DNA of 64,000 bases from Minisyncoccota bacterium (GTDB taxonomy: Bacteria; Patescibacteriota; Minisyncoccia; Phycocordibacterales; UBA9973): NCBI GenBank assembly GCA_041661005.1, contig JBAZVG010000001.1, positions 295,544 to 359,543 of the forward strand. Direction: 5' to 3'. The notes beneath the pieces were generated by a model, which was not told where the DNA came from, made no database searches, and worked only from the letters and a program-made list of their open reading frames with translations. The position numbers and the translations under genes were made by a program. Position 1 is the first letter of the stretch. Every line of letters starts with the position of its first letter. Below are positions 8,635 to 17,636 of this stretch, one piece after another.

Positions 8635-10386
8635 CTAATAAACCTCGGCTTGGTAGCATTTCTCGCAGTAGACAATCTCTGGTCGATCAGGAGCGTATGA
8701 AGTTTCGAATTCTATTTCACACTTTCCTGCCCCGTGTATATGATTTTTCTTATCGCACATACAGGATCTATGCCAAAGCTTAAGCGGATTTCTTTGCTTT
8801 TGTCTAGTGTAATGTCTGCAATTTGGACACATATGCGGCAGTGGTAGATTCATTCTTTTATAAAACGAGAGTTCATCCTTTATTATTTTGAATGCTTCTG
8901 TGCACTGTTCGTTGCATTTTCCTTTATGTTCACACTCTATAACCTTACCAATAACATCTTCACTCACTTCTCCAATATCATTTGGAATATCTTCTGTTTT
9001 AATATTTATTTTAAAAGTTCGATTTTCGCCTTCTTTCCATCTGTAACCTTGCTTTAGAGTTTCTGTTTTTGTTAATGGAAAATATTCTTGAGCTATAGTC
9101 TCGTTATAAGCAAACGGCGACAGTTCTGCTGGAAAAAATTCCCCGTACTTATAAATTTTTCCTTCTTTATCTACATATGGCATATCGTTCATATGTTTAA
9201 TAATTTTAGGAACTAATTCTGAATATTCTTCTTTCGTATATTGTTTATTCAATATGCAATACTGTTTCTGACGAAGACCAATACATCCAAAAACATTTCC
9301 ACAACCATGGGAAGCATAACTATAATAAACATCATTCCCTCCCCAAACAAATATGGTAAAAAACAATCTTGCTCCATCTGCACCCGTGTCAACACCTTCG
9401 TAAAGTTGGCTTGCATTTCCTCCGAAACCATAACCATCATAAGAATCTTCCAATTGGACTCCGCCATTTATTGCAAATTTAGTGTCTCTGATCCCTCCTT
9501 TTAGATCAAAACAAAATTTACAGTTTGAAGCATTTGCTAGATTATCTCCGGTGCAATTTTGAGCATTGTAGAAAGTAGCAAACTTCCTTATGCTTTCTCT
9601 TCTTAAATTAATAAATTTCTCCTTTATCGCATTGAATCCTTTATAGTCATGCAAATTCATTTTTTTTACTTCCTTATCATAATCTTCCTTGGAATATTGT
9701 TTATTAAAAATGCAATAAGATTTACTGCGAAGATTTACACATCCGATGCAATCTGTGCAACCTTTGCATTCATAAAGAAAATAGCAAGATACGCAGTTTT
9801 CACAGTTTTCACAAAAAACAGAACCATACATTTTTTCACACGCTGTTAAATCATAGCTTAATTCCGTATTTGAACACGCAAGAAGATCCATAGAACCTTT
9901 AGATCGAAATGTTTTTGCGCTGAACAAAATATCTTCAACTTCCCAACTTGCAAAAGTTAAGTAAGAACTACGTATTTCTCCACAATGATTGCAATAAAAA
10001 CTATTACTAATTCTGCTATTAAAAAGTGACGGAAGAGGAGCGCGCATCAACAATTCTTTCCATTGAATAAAAAATGGTTTTGAAAAATCGTAATTTTGTC
10101 CTGATTCAAGCGGATCCCATTTATCTGACCACCAAATCTCTCTTTCATAAACCTTGCACGGATTGTCAGCAGAAAATGGAGTAATTATATCTTGATCGCT
10201 GAAATCGCATTTTCGTTTATACAAAGCTCGCTCATTTCTGAAAATCATTCTCCTAACTGCCCTACACTCCGGGCAAAAAGTAGGTGGCGGGACTTTGATT
10301 TTTTCGTAAAAATTAAAATCCTCCGATTCTATCGTAAAGTCTTGTTTGCAATTTTGACATATTGTATTTTGTGATTTATACTCCAT
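8635..10386 (-). CDS. Large cysteine-rich protein (583 aa) with N- and C-terminal zinc ribbons, paralog 1
   Basis: N-terminus 'CQNCKQDFTIESEDFNFYEKIKVPPPTFCPECR'. Internal CxxC clusters ('CENCENCVSCYFLYECKGCTDCIGCVNLR', 'GCGNVFGCIGLRQKQYCILNKQYTKEEY'). A second ribbon 'CNEQC...CPNCRHY'. C-terminus '...YAPDRPEIVYCEKCYQAEVY'. Paralog of 11268-12959. Confidence 0.55.
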   Translation of the reverse strand: MEYKSQNTICQNCKQDFTIESEDFNFYEKIKVPPPTFCPECRAVRRMIFRNERALYKRKCDFSDQDIITPFSADNPCKVYEREIWWSDKWDPLESGQNYDFSKPFFIQWKELLMRAPLPSLFNSRISNSFYCNHCGEIRSSYLTFASWEVEDILFSAKTFRSKGSMDLLACSNTELSYDLTACEKMYGSVFCENCENCVSCYFLYECKGCTDCIGCVNLRSKSYCIFNKQYSKEDYDKEVKKMNLHDYKGFNAIKEKFINLRRESIRKFATFYNAQNCTGDNLANASNCKFCFDLKGGIRDTKFAINGGVQLEDSYDGYGFGGNASQLYEGVDTGADGARLFFTIFVWGGNDVYYSYASHGCGNVFGCIGLRQKQYCILNKQYTKEEYSELVPKIIKHMNDMPYVDKEGKIYKYGEFFPAELSPFAYNETIAQEYFPLTKTETLKQGYRWKEGENRTFKINIKTEDIPNDIGEVSEDVIGKVIECEHKGKCNEQCTEAFKIIKDELSFYKRMNLPLPHMCPNCRHYTRQKQRNPLKLWHRSCMCDKKNHIHGAGKCEIEFETSYAPDRPEIVYCEKCYQAEVY

Positions 10387-10491
10387 ATCTTTTTTGCAAC
10401 CTGCCCCGTAGGAAGCTCTGCTTTCCTTCGGGGTTCTGGCATTGTCGAGTTTCGCTTTTCATTTTTACCTTAAAAGTGTATCATAAAAGAC

Positions 10492-11202
10492 ATGAAATTA
10501 CATCGATTCATTGGAGATTTTGACCTATCTCAAAAAGAAGTAGAAATCACAAATCCTGAAAATATCAAACAAATAAAGGATGTTTTGCGTCTCAGAAAAG
10601 ATGAAAAAATTATTCTCTCTGACGGCAAGGGCATGAATGCGGAAGTGATCTTAAACTTGGTATCAAAAAATAAAATTACCGGCGTAGTTGACAAGGTAGA
10701 CAAATCTGTTGATGTTGAAAGTTATGGGAGGAAAAGAAAAGTAAACTTATATCTGGCAATCTTGAAAAAAGAAAATTTCGAGTTCGCGGTGCAAAAATCC
10801 GTCGAAGCTGGAGTCCACAGGATCATTCCAATAATCACGGAACGAACGATAAAGACCGGACTAAATTTCCCGCGCTTGGAAAAAATAATGATTGAAGCCA
10901 GTGAACAATCGGGCAGAAGCATTATATCCGTCTTGTCCCCCATTATGAATTTCAAAGACGCGCTTGCCGATGGGATAAACAATGAAGAAAAAGTAATTTT
11001 CCATTTAAAAAATAAATTATACGAACCGAATAAAAATGCCGAAAGTATCGGCATTTTCGTCGGGCCAGAAGGAGGATTTACAGAAAAAGAAATTTCTCTA
11101 GCAAAAGAAGCTGGTTATATTCCAATGTCTTTAGGATCCCTCACTCTGCGTGCCGAAACAGCCGCCATCATCGCGACTTACAGAACAGCCAAGGGCATCT
11201 AG
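10492..11202 (+). CDS. rsmE: 16S rRNA (uracil1498-N3)-methyltransferase RsmE (SPOUT)
   Basis: 'MKLHRF...' N-terminal PUA-like region and C-terminal SPOUT motifs ('GPEGGFTEKEI', 'SLGSLTLRAETAAIIA'). 236 aa. Confidence 0.75.
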   Translation: MKLHRFIGDFDLSQKEVEITNPENIKQIKDVLRLRKDEKIILSDGKGMNAEVILNLVSKNKITGVVDKVDKSVDVESYGRKRKVNLYLAILKKENFEFAVQKSVEAGVHRIIPIITERTIKTGLNFPRLEKIMIEASEQSGRSIISVLSPIMNFKDALADGINNEEKVIFHLKNKLYEPNKNAESIGIFVGPEGGFTEKEISLAKEAGYIPMSLGSLTLRAETAAIIATYRTAKGI

Positions 11203-11267
11203 AATAAAATTACACGATCGTATTATTTTATACTTTTACATATTTACGCCATGGATGATATATGTAT

Positions 11268-12959
11268 TCAGTAAACTTCCTGCTGGTAGCATTTTTCGCA
11301 ATACACTATCTCTGGACGGCCCGCTTCGTCGGAGCTTGAGCGAGGCGAGTCAGGGGCATAATTTGTCGTAATTTCCTTCTGACATTTGGCGCAATTACGA
11401 TTCCAGAATTTATATGGACCACGGCGAATGATGCGGTCTTGATGCCGGCAATAAAAACATTTGCGAGGTGTAGGAATATTCATTTTTTTATAAAACAATA
11501 GCTCTTGATTTATAATTTTATAATTTCTGTTACAATCTATGCATCTTAAAATTTCACTAGTGATTGAATCCTGCACATCTTTTATGTGGTCGGGAATATC
11601 TTCTGGTTTCATAGTTTCCTTCCCTTCTGTCTTTTGAATATCGTCTTCCCAGCGAAAACCTTGCGCGATAGCTTCTTCCTTAGTAAGAGGCATATTGTCC
11701 TGCGCAATTGTTTCGTTATAGGCAAATGGCGCAAGTTCGGGTGGAAAATAAAGTCCATACAAATTTTTCTCTTTTAATTCGGAAATAATTCTAGTCCTAA
11801 TCGCTTCATACTCCTCTTTAGTATATCTTTTATTTAAAATTACATATTTTCCATTTCTGACACTATCACAACCAAAGCAATATTCAGAAGAACGTAGGGC
11901 AAAAGAATAATCTACGTCGTGCGATCCGGTACTCCACCATGAACCAATGACATTACTGGAAGTTCCAACAGCAACGCATTCTAATAATAATTCACTTCTT
12001 CTGCCATGACCGATCAAATCATAACAATTCTTGGTGCGTTTGTTTGAAAAAAGAAATTTAGAGTCCTCACAAAAAGATATTTCGTATGAATTATGGCAAT
12101 TCTTTGATTCAAAAATATAATCTCCAGAAACATTTATATTCCTCAGATTGCTGTTTTCTTTTCTAGGAAAACGCATTGAAAACTTTTTAAATTGAGTGCG
12201 AAATTCTTCCATATTTTTGTAACTTCCCATAATTTCTGATATTCTTTTTTGATATTCGTCTCTAGATAATGGTTCATTGAAAAAATGATGTGATTTGTGA
12301 CGCAAATTAACGCAACCAAAGCAATTTTGGCAATCTGAACAATTCAGAAGGAAAGCGGAATCTATACAGTTATCCGCATTTTGCGCCCATATAACTCCAG
12401 AACTTGTATTAACATTTATTGCCTCATAAATCTTTTCGTCTTTGTTTGCATAATACGAATCGAACGCTTCGCGACATGAGATCATCCCTCGAGAATAAGC
12501 GCATTCTTCATTATTAGGACCTGAATTAAAAATAAAATAGCAGTTCTTGTTTCCTCCCGCAAAATTTGTATACTCGCTATTTATATTTGGACCGACATCT
12601 TCGGAAGCAAAAATGCCTGCCTTTGGAACATGAATCATTAATTCTTTCATCTGATCAAAAAAAGGCTTTTGAGGATCATAATCTTCCCCATAAGAAAATG
12701 GGTCCCACTTTTCAGAAAGCCAACAGTCTTTACAATAAACGATATAAGGAGATTTTGGACCATACATTGAGATAGTAGACTTTCCGCACATTCCACAGAC
12801 GCGATTGTAAAGATTTATTTCATTCCTAAAGAGAGCGCGCCACTTAAATCTGCATTCCGGACAATTCACGGGCACTGGCACTTTCATTTTCTCGTAAAAA
12901 GAAAGGTCATCTTTTTCTAAAATGAATTTTTGTTTACATTTTTTACAATCTTGCATCAT
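11268..12959 (-). CDS. Large cysteine-rich protein (563 aa) with N- and C-terminal zinc ribbons, paralog 2
   Basis: N-terminus 'CKKCKQKFILEKDDLSFYEKMKVPVPVNCPECR'. The ribbon repeats near the C-terminus ('CIDCNRNYKIINQELLFYKKMNIPTPRKCFYCR'). Ends '...RPEIVYCEKCYQQEVY'. Start is 4 nt downstream of the ATPase-2 stop. Confidence 0.55.
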   Translation of the reverse strand: MMQDCKKCKQKFILEKDDLSFYEKMKVPVPVNCPECRFKWRALFRNEINLYNRVCGMCGKSTISMYGPKSPYIVYCKDCWLSEKWDPFSYGEDYDPQKPFFDQMKELMIHVPKAGIFASEDVGPNINSEYTNFAGGNKNCYFIFNSGPNNEECAYSRGMISCREAFDSYYANKDEKIYEAINVNTSSGVIWAQNADNCIDSAFLLNCSDCQNCFGCVNLRHKSHHFFNEPLSRDEYQKRISEIMGSYKNMEEFRTQFKKFSMRFPRKENSNLRNINVSGDYIFESKNCHNSYEISFCEDSKFLFSNKRTKNCYDLIGHGRRSELLLECVAVGTSSNVIGSWWSTGSHDVDYSFALRSSEYCFGCDSVRNGKYVILNKRYTKEEYEAIRTRIISELKEKNLYGLYFPPELAPFAYNETIAQDNMPLTKEEAIAQGFRWEDDIQKTEGKETMKPEDIPDHIKDVQDSITSEILRCIDCNRNYKIINQELLFYKKMNIPTPRKCFYCRHQDRIIRRGPYKFWNRNCAKCQKEITTNYAPDSPRSSSDEAGRPEIVYCEKCYQQEVY

Positions 12960-12962
12960 AGT

Positions 12963-15098
12963 TTATTCCAAAATCTTTCTTAGAACATCTTCCGGCACTT
13001 CCTTGGGTTTTTTGGGAACAGGAGTTGAAACAGGAGCAGGTGTAGGAATTTCAACTTGAGGTTTGGGAACTGGTGCAGGTGTTTGGACAGGTATTTTTTC
13101 TAAAATAAGATTCTTTAAATTATTCATGTCTTCCGAACTAGCAGCGCGATCCCCGCCTTGCCTAGTCGAGGCAGGTTTGGAAGTTACAGATTCCTTCATT
13201 TTATTTTTTAGGGAATCAAGCGATACTGGTGTTTCGACTGGAGCTTGATCAGCCTTAGGCTTACTCACTTGAGGCTCTTTTACCACCGCTTTTAGCGGGG
13301 TCCCTCCATCGGCGGTGATTTTATTTAAAATATCTCTCAAAGCAGTATTTTCTCGAATTCCTGAGGACGGAACGTGAACAGGTTTTACATTTACAGACTT
13401 TGCTGGGCGGTGAGGCACAGACAGAACTCTTTTGATACTTCCAAATATTCCAGGCTTCCCTGCTGGCACAGAAGATTTATCCATGGACTTTTCTATCCTT
13501 TCAGGATATCTCTCCTTTTCCTCACCCTTCGCTCTGTCTTTCTGCTGAAACTCTATACCCAAATCAGCCAATGGCTTGTAAAACGTGGACTCATCATGCC
13601 TGATCTGGTTCTCTGAACCCTTTTCTACTTTTACTTCGCCAGATTTTATTTTCGCTATGCAATCTTTGCAATATACCGCCCTGCCTGAATCAGGCTTGAA
13701 GGGAACCGTCGTTTCTTTTTTACAAAGCGAACAAATAACCGGAAATTTTTCTATATTTCCAGTTCCGCCATCATGATCATTGCCAAGCGACATTCCACTC
13801 CAATCGTTGATTTCTCTCTCCACAACTTCTTTGGATCTGCAATACAACGCGCGTGAAGATTTGATCACTTCTTCCTCTATTTTTTTATCACCAGACTTCA
13901 CCATGGGTGGCAAAGTCTTGGCAGAAAATGGACGGGACGTCACTCCATCAATCATTAATTTCAAATAAACTTTATAGTTAGGCAAATTCACAATGTCCTG
14001 CGGTGTAAATTCTGGATCAAATTCTGATTCAAGAAATTCTGCATCGTCAGAACCAACTCTAAAGACTATCATCGTGCCGACGTTACCGAAAACGGCATCA
14101 CGCACAGCTGAACTCTTTTCTACCACCAGTTGAGCGGTGTATTGGTGTGCCACTGTCAAATTCAATCTGTATTTTCTAGCTTCAGACAAAATGCCGGCAA
14201 AAGCATCTGTGACGAAATTTTGAAATTCATCCACATACAAATAAAAATCTCGGCGATTCTCTTCGGGAATACGCACACGCTCCATGGCAGCCAGCTGGAT
14301 TTTGGTAATAATCATTCCTCCGAGTAGGCCAGAGTTGTCTTCGCCAATGCGTCCTTTGGAAACGTTCACCAAGAAAATCTTGCCCTCATTCATCATGTCG
14401 AAAATATTTATCGTGCTTTTAGACTGACCGACGACATTGCGGATGATGGAAGTGGAAAGAAACTGCCCGACTTTATTTTGGATCGGCGCAATCGCTTCAT
14501 TTCGGAATTTATCTTGCCAAATTTCATATTCATGCACCCAGAAAGCCTTGATGACGGGATCTTTTAAATTAGAAATTATTTTCTGACGGTAATCTTTATC
14601 TACCAGCAGTCGGGGAATTCCGAGAAGCGTCGTGCCGGGGGTGTCGAGAAGCGCCAAAATCGCGTTGTTTAAAATATATTCCATTCGAGCACTCCAAGCA
14701 TTCGCCCAAATTTTAGTAAAAATACCCATGAGTCCCGAAGCCACCAAATGCTTGTATTGCGGATCAATCAATTCCAAAACATTGAATCCGATATGATGAT
14801 CGGCATCAGCTGGATTAAAATAGACAACATCTTTGATACGCTCTGGCGGAATAGCCGACAGAACCGCCTCAACATTTTCTCCATGCGGGTCAACCATGCA
14901 AACTCCGTCGCCATTTTTGATGTTCTGAATAATCATATTGAACATCAAGACCGATTTACCGGTACCGGACTTTCCGAGAATATAAACATGCTGACGCCTG
15001 TCTTTGCGCTTGATGCCAAAAAGCTGATTCTTGTCACGATAAGTTGAAAGACCAAGATATGTAATTTCTTTATTTATTGGTATTTCTGGAAAATCCAT
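12963..15098 (-). CDS. HerA/FtsK/VirB4-superfamily P-loop ATPase, paralog 2, with C-terminal zinc ribbon and Pro/Lys-rich tail
   Basis: Walker A 'GKSGTGKS' + 'VDPHGE'. Walker B 'FYLYVDEFQNFV'. C-terminal 'CSLCKKETTVPFKPDSGRAVYCKDCIAKI' ribbon (~13640-13745), then a low-complexity P/K/V-rich tail. 711 aa. Confidence 0.6.
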   Translation of the reverse strand: MDFPEIPINKEITYLGLSTYRDKNQLFGIKRKDRRQHVYILGKSGTGKSVLMFNMIIQNIKNGDGVCMVDPHGENVEAVLSAIPPERIKDVVYFNPADADHHIGFNVLELIDPQYKHLVASGLMGIFTKIWANAWSARMEYILNNAILALLDTPGTTLLGIPRLLVDKDYRQKIISNLKDPVIKAFWVHEYEIWQDKFRNEAIAPIQNKVGQFLSTSIIRNVVGQSKSTINIFDMMNEGKIFLVNVSKGRIGEDNSGLLGGMIITKIQLAAMERVRIPEENRRDFYLYVDEFQNFVTDAFAGILSEARKYRLNLTVAHQYTAQLVVEKSSAVRDAVFGNVGTMIVFRVGSDDAEFLESEFDPEFTPQDIVNLPNYKVYLKLMIDGVTSRPFSAKTLPPMVKSGDKKIEEEVIKSSRALYCRSKEVVEREINDWSGMSLGNDHDGGTGNIEKFPVICSLCKKETTVPFKPDSGRAVYCKDCIAKIKSGEVKVEKGSENQIRHDESTFYKPLADLGIEFQQKDRAKGEEKERYPERIEKSMDKSSVPAGKPGIFGSIKRVLSVPHRPAKSVNVKPVHVPSSGIRENTALRDILNKITADGGTPLKAVVKEPQVSKPKADQAPVETPVSLDSLKNKMKESVTSKPASTRQGGDRAASSEDMNNLKNLILEKIPVQTPAPVPKPQVEIPTPAPVSTPVPKKPKEVPEDVLRKILE

Positions 15099-15124
15099 AC
15101 GATACTATTTTACCCCTTTTTAGT

Positions 15125-15412
15125 TTATTTCTCCAGTTTTTTATACAAAGTTCCTGTGATTGTGAGAATTACTAGTCCGGCTACGAGTAAATACCAAGGA
15201 TTTAAGTCCAACAATCCAAAATCTTTCATTAATCCTTTCAATCCTTCGTGTACTGTCATTACGCCAAAAAGTATCAGAAGTCCGAAAGTGATAGGGTACT
15301 TGCTTAGAACTGCCTGGGTACGCGGAGCTACTGTTTGATTTATCTTATTGGATAAATCTTCAATATGTTTTAGCATATCCAAATTTATTCTTTTTTCTTC
15401 TTGTTCGTTCAT
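15125..15412 (-). CDS. Small membrane protein (95 aa, 2 TM)
   Basis: ORF with two hydrophobic helices. A perfect palindrome sits immediately upstream. Confidence 0.45.
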   Translation of the reverse strand: MNEQEEKRINLDMLKHIEDLSNKINQTVAPRTQAVLSKYPITFGLLILFGVMTVHEGLKGLMKDFGLLDLNPWYLLVAGLVILTITGTLYKKLEK

Positions 15413-15428
15413 ACGATAATAAATTTTT

Positions 15429-15466
15429 TAGTTACGTAATGTATTACGTAATACATTACGTAACTA
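15429..15466. promoter_or_regulatory. Perfect 38-bp palindrome carrying three TTACGTAA octamers (operator-like)
   Basis: T-AGTTACGTAATGTATTACGTAATACATTACGTAACT-A is exactly its own reverse complement. TTACGTAA centres are spaced 12 bp apart. It lies 17 bp upstream of the 15412 start of the membrane-protein gene. Confidence 0.55.
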
Positions 15467-15501
15467 TTTTACAATAAAATAGCAAAAACTAAAAGCCCAG
15501 A

Positions 15502-15942
15502 TTATCTATCATGATCAACCTTGTTCTTATTTATTATTCCGACTGCCCTCGAAATAATTTTATACTTTGCTTTCAGTTCTTCAAACTTTTCAGGAGAAAT
15601 ATTTGTTTCCTTTTTTAAAGCGTTCAGCTTCTCAACAATAGGAATAAGCGCAAGTCTTGCTGGTTCTCGTACGGGATGCTTCGGTGCGTCTGCTGGCGTT
15701 AGATCAATAATAGAATTTAATTCCGCAAGAGAAAATCTGGATTCAAATATACCTACTAAAAACTCAAAGTTAGTAACTTCTTGCGCACAGTCTCTTAAAT
15801 TTTCTGGAGAAATTACTGGCTCAGGATGTCTTGCTAAATAATCTGCCAATCGTTCAGCATCTTCCTTGCCCTGTCTTTCTTTTTCGAGCCGTTTTAGTTG
15901 TTCAGGGCTTGGAGACCCCCCGATATTCATTCCTTCGTTCAT
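15502..15942 (-). CDS. Hypothetical protein (146 aa)
   Basis: Hydrophilic ORF with no recognisable motif. Confidence 0.45.
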   Translation of the reverse strand: MNEGMNIGGSPSPEQLKRLEKERQGKEDAERLADYLARHPEPVISPENLRDCAQEVTNFEFLVGIFESRFSLAELNSIIDLTPADAPKHPVREPARLALIPIVEKLNALKKETNISPEKFEELKAKYKIISRAVGIINKNKVDHDR

Positions 15943-15986
15943 AATGAAATAATACCATGTTATAGATTTTTTGGTATAATGATCTT

Positions 15987-16271
15987 ATGGGTATAGATTC
16001 AAAAGGTTTTCCAACACCCGAACAAAGAGATCCAACCCCTCAAGACTTTCAGGATTTGGAAATTAAAGTAAGCGGCTTAGGTAGAGGTAATCTTGTTCAT
16101 GAAATTGATTTCCACATGGGCATGTTAAAAAGAGTGTTTGGACTGGAAGACTCTAAGAAAAATCCCTGGCCTGAATATTTACGCAAGGATTGGGATGAGC
16201 ATGTGAGAGAAATTAATATCGTTACCAATAAAATTAAAATGGAACAGGCTAAGGAGAAAGGTTTATTATAA
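15987..16271 (+). CDS. Hypothetical protein (94 aa)
   Basis: ORF followed by a terminator hairpin. Confidence 0.4.
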   Translation: MGIDSKGFPTPEQRDPTPQDFQDLEIKVSGLGRGNLVHEIDFHMGMLKRVFGLEDSKKNPWPEYLRKDWDEHVREINIVTNKIKMEQAKEKGLL

Positions 16272-16283
16272 ATTTCAACCATG

Positions 16284-16321
16284 AACTAGCAAGAACCGTT
16301 CTTACTAGTTTCCCCTAGTTT
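16284..16321 (+). terminator. Rho-independent terminator
   Basis: AACTAGCAAGAAC-CG-TTCTTACTAGTT hairpin, then 'TCCCCTAGTTTTTC'. Confidence 0.5.
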
Positions 16322-16391
16322 TTCAAGTATAAATTCTACTGTTTCTTTCTGTGTGGACATGGTTTTTAATTTTGATAGAAAGACTAAAAAT

Positions 16392-16976
16392 TTATTTATA
16401 CTTAATAAGTAATTTGCCACGATCAATTAAATATTGCATATATACATCTCCGACTTTATTATCTCTCTCATAAAATTCAATTCTGATATTGCGCATTTGT
16501 GTATCAAAATAAATAAAATCTGATTCAAGGGGCTGACCAACTTGCAAAGACCAACAAAATTTATATTGACTATCAGAAAGTTGTCTACACATAATGTCTA
16601 AATACGCTGGTTCATGCTGAGAAATATCTCTTGTTGTGGTATTCCAATGTGTCCAATTAAGTGGGACGGGTAAAAAATTAAGTTTACCCCCATCAGTATA
16701 TGTTAACATTGCTCGCACATCTTTTGCTGGAGCTTTTCCTATATTTTTTACAATTAACCTCTTGTAAATCAGAGCTTCTTCGTGATTTTCTTGCCAAGTT
16801 TCTATTATTTCTACACCACGAATTTTTGGTTTGAAAAAATACTTTTTAATTTGATCACCAAAAATGGCAAGAATGCCTAAAACTAATGTACCTACCACCC
16901 CCCAAAGCGTCCCAGAAATGCCCAAAAAACTATCAATTACTTTCGGGTCGCTGAATGAAAAATAATGAAATGGCAT
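16392..16976 (-). CDS. Hypothetical membrane-anchored protein (194 aa)
   Basis: N-terminal TM helix ('LWGVVGTLVLGILAIFG') followed by a soluble domain. Confidence 0.45.
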   Translation of the reverse strand: MPFHYFSFSDPKVIDSFLGISGTLWGVVGTLVLGILAIFGDQIKKYFFKPKIRGVEIIETWQENHEEALIYKRLIVKNIGKAPAKDVRAMLTYTDGGKLNFLPVPLNWTHWNTTTRDISQHEPAYLDIMCRQLSDSQYKFCWSLQVGQPLESDFIYFDTQMRNIRIEFYERDNKVGDVYMQYLIDRGKLLIKYK

Positions 16977-16990
16977 ATACGAATTAAAAA

Positions 16991-17614
16991 CTATATTTGT
17001 GCTAATTTTTTTCTTTGCGCAGAAATCTCGCGCAGTTTCTTTTGTTCTTCTTCTGATAACTTATGTCCACGGTTTGGGATGATATCGTTATCTATAAATG
17101 CTTTTGTTAAGTTATCAATTATATGGATCAAGGCCATAAAATCTACTTCTGTTTTTGGTGCATCTTCTATTTTTGTACCACAATGAGCAGGGTTGTGACG
17201 GAATGTCTTAAGTGTTGAATTCAAAGATTGGACATAGGTACGCAGTTCTTTTCGTTTTGAACTTTCGATTTCCAATTCAATAAACACGCTTTCTAGAAAC
17301 TCAGAGGATTTTTCATCATTTAGAAAAGGACTAAATTTACCATATTCAACTGCATCTCGAATTAAATTTTCAGGAACACCCAGAAACGGAGCAATAGATA
17401 TTAGCCATTTCTCAAGTGCTTTATAAGCAGGAGATACTAGAAAGGAATAGTCAGACATTGAAGTATCCGCCTTAAATTGATTTATCAACCTGTATGAATC
17501 CCAAAGCCAATCAAGAATATCTTGATGATTTTCAACTAAAAATGTCTTCGTCTCGTTAGAAATTCTTTGGTATATCGGGTGATCTGGCTTCCATGGAGAT
17601 GTCCATTTAGTCAT
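16991..17614 (-). CDS. Hypothetical protein (~207 aa) immediately downstream of dnaK
   Basis: The longest ORF (to 17683) overlaps the dnaK 3' end by 47 nt. The internal Met at 17614 removes the overlap. Not GrpE-like. Confidence 0.4.
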   Translation of the reverse strand: MTKWTSPWKPDHPIYQRISNETKTFLVENHQDILDWLWDSYRLINQFKADTSMSDYSFLVSPAYKALEKWLISIAPFLGVPENLIRDAVEYGKFSPFLNDEKSSEFLESVFIELEIESSKRKELRTYVQSLNSTLKTFRHNPAHCGTKIEDAPKTEVDFMALIHIIDNLTKAFIDNDIIPNRGHKLSEEEQKKLREISAQRKKLAQI

Positions 17615-17636
17615 TGTTGTTTTTATGGTAACTATT

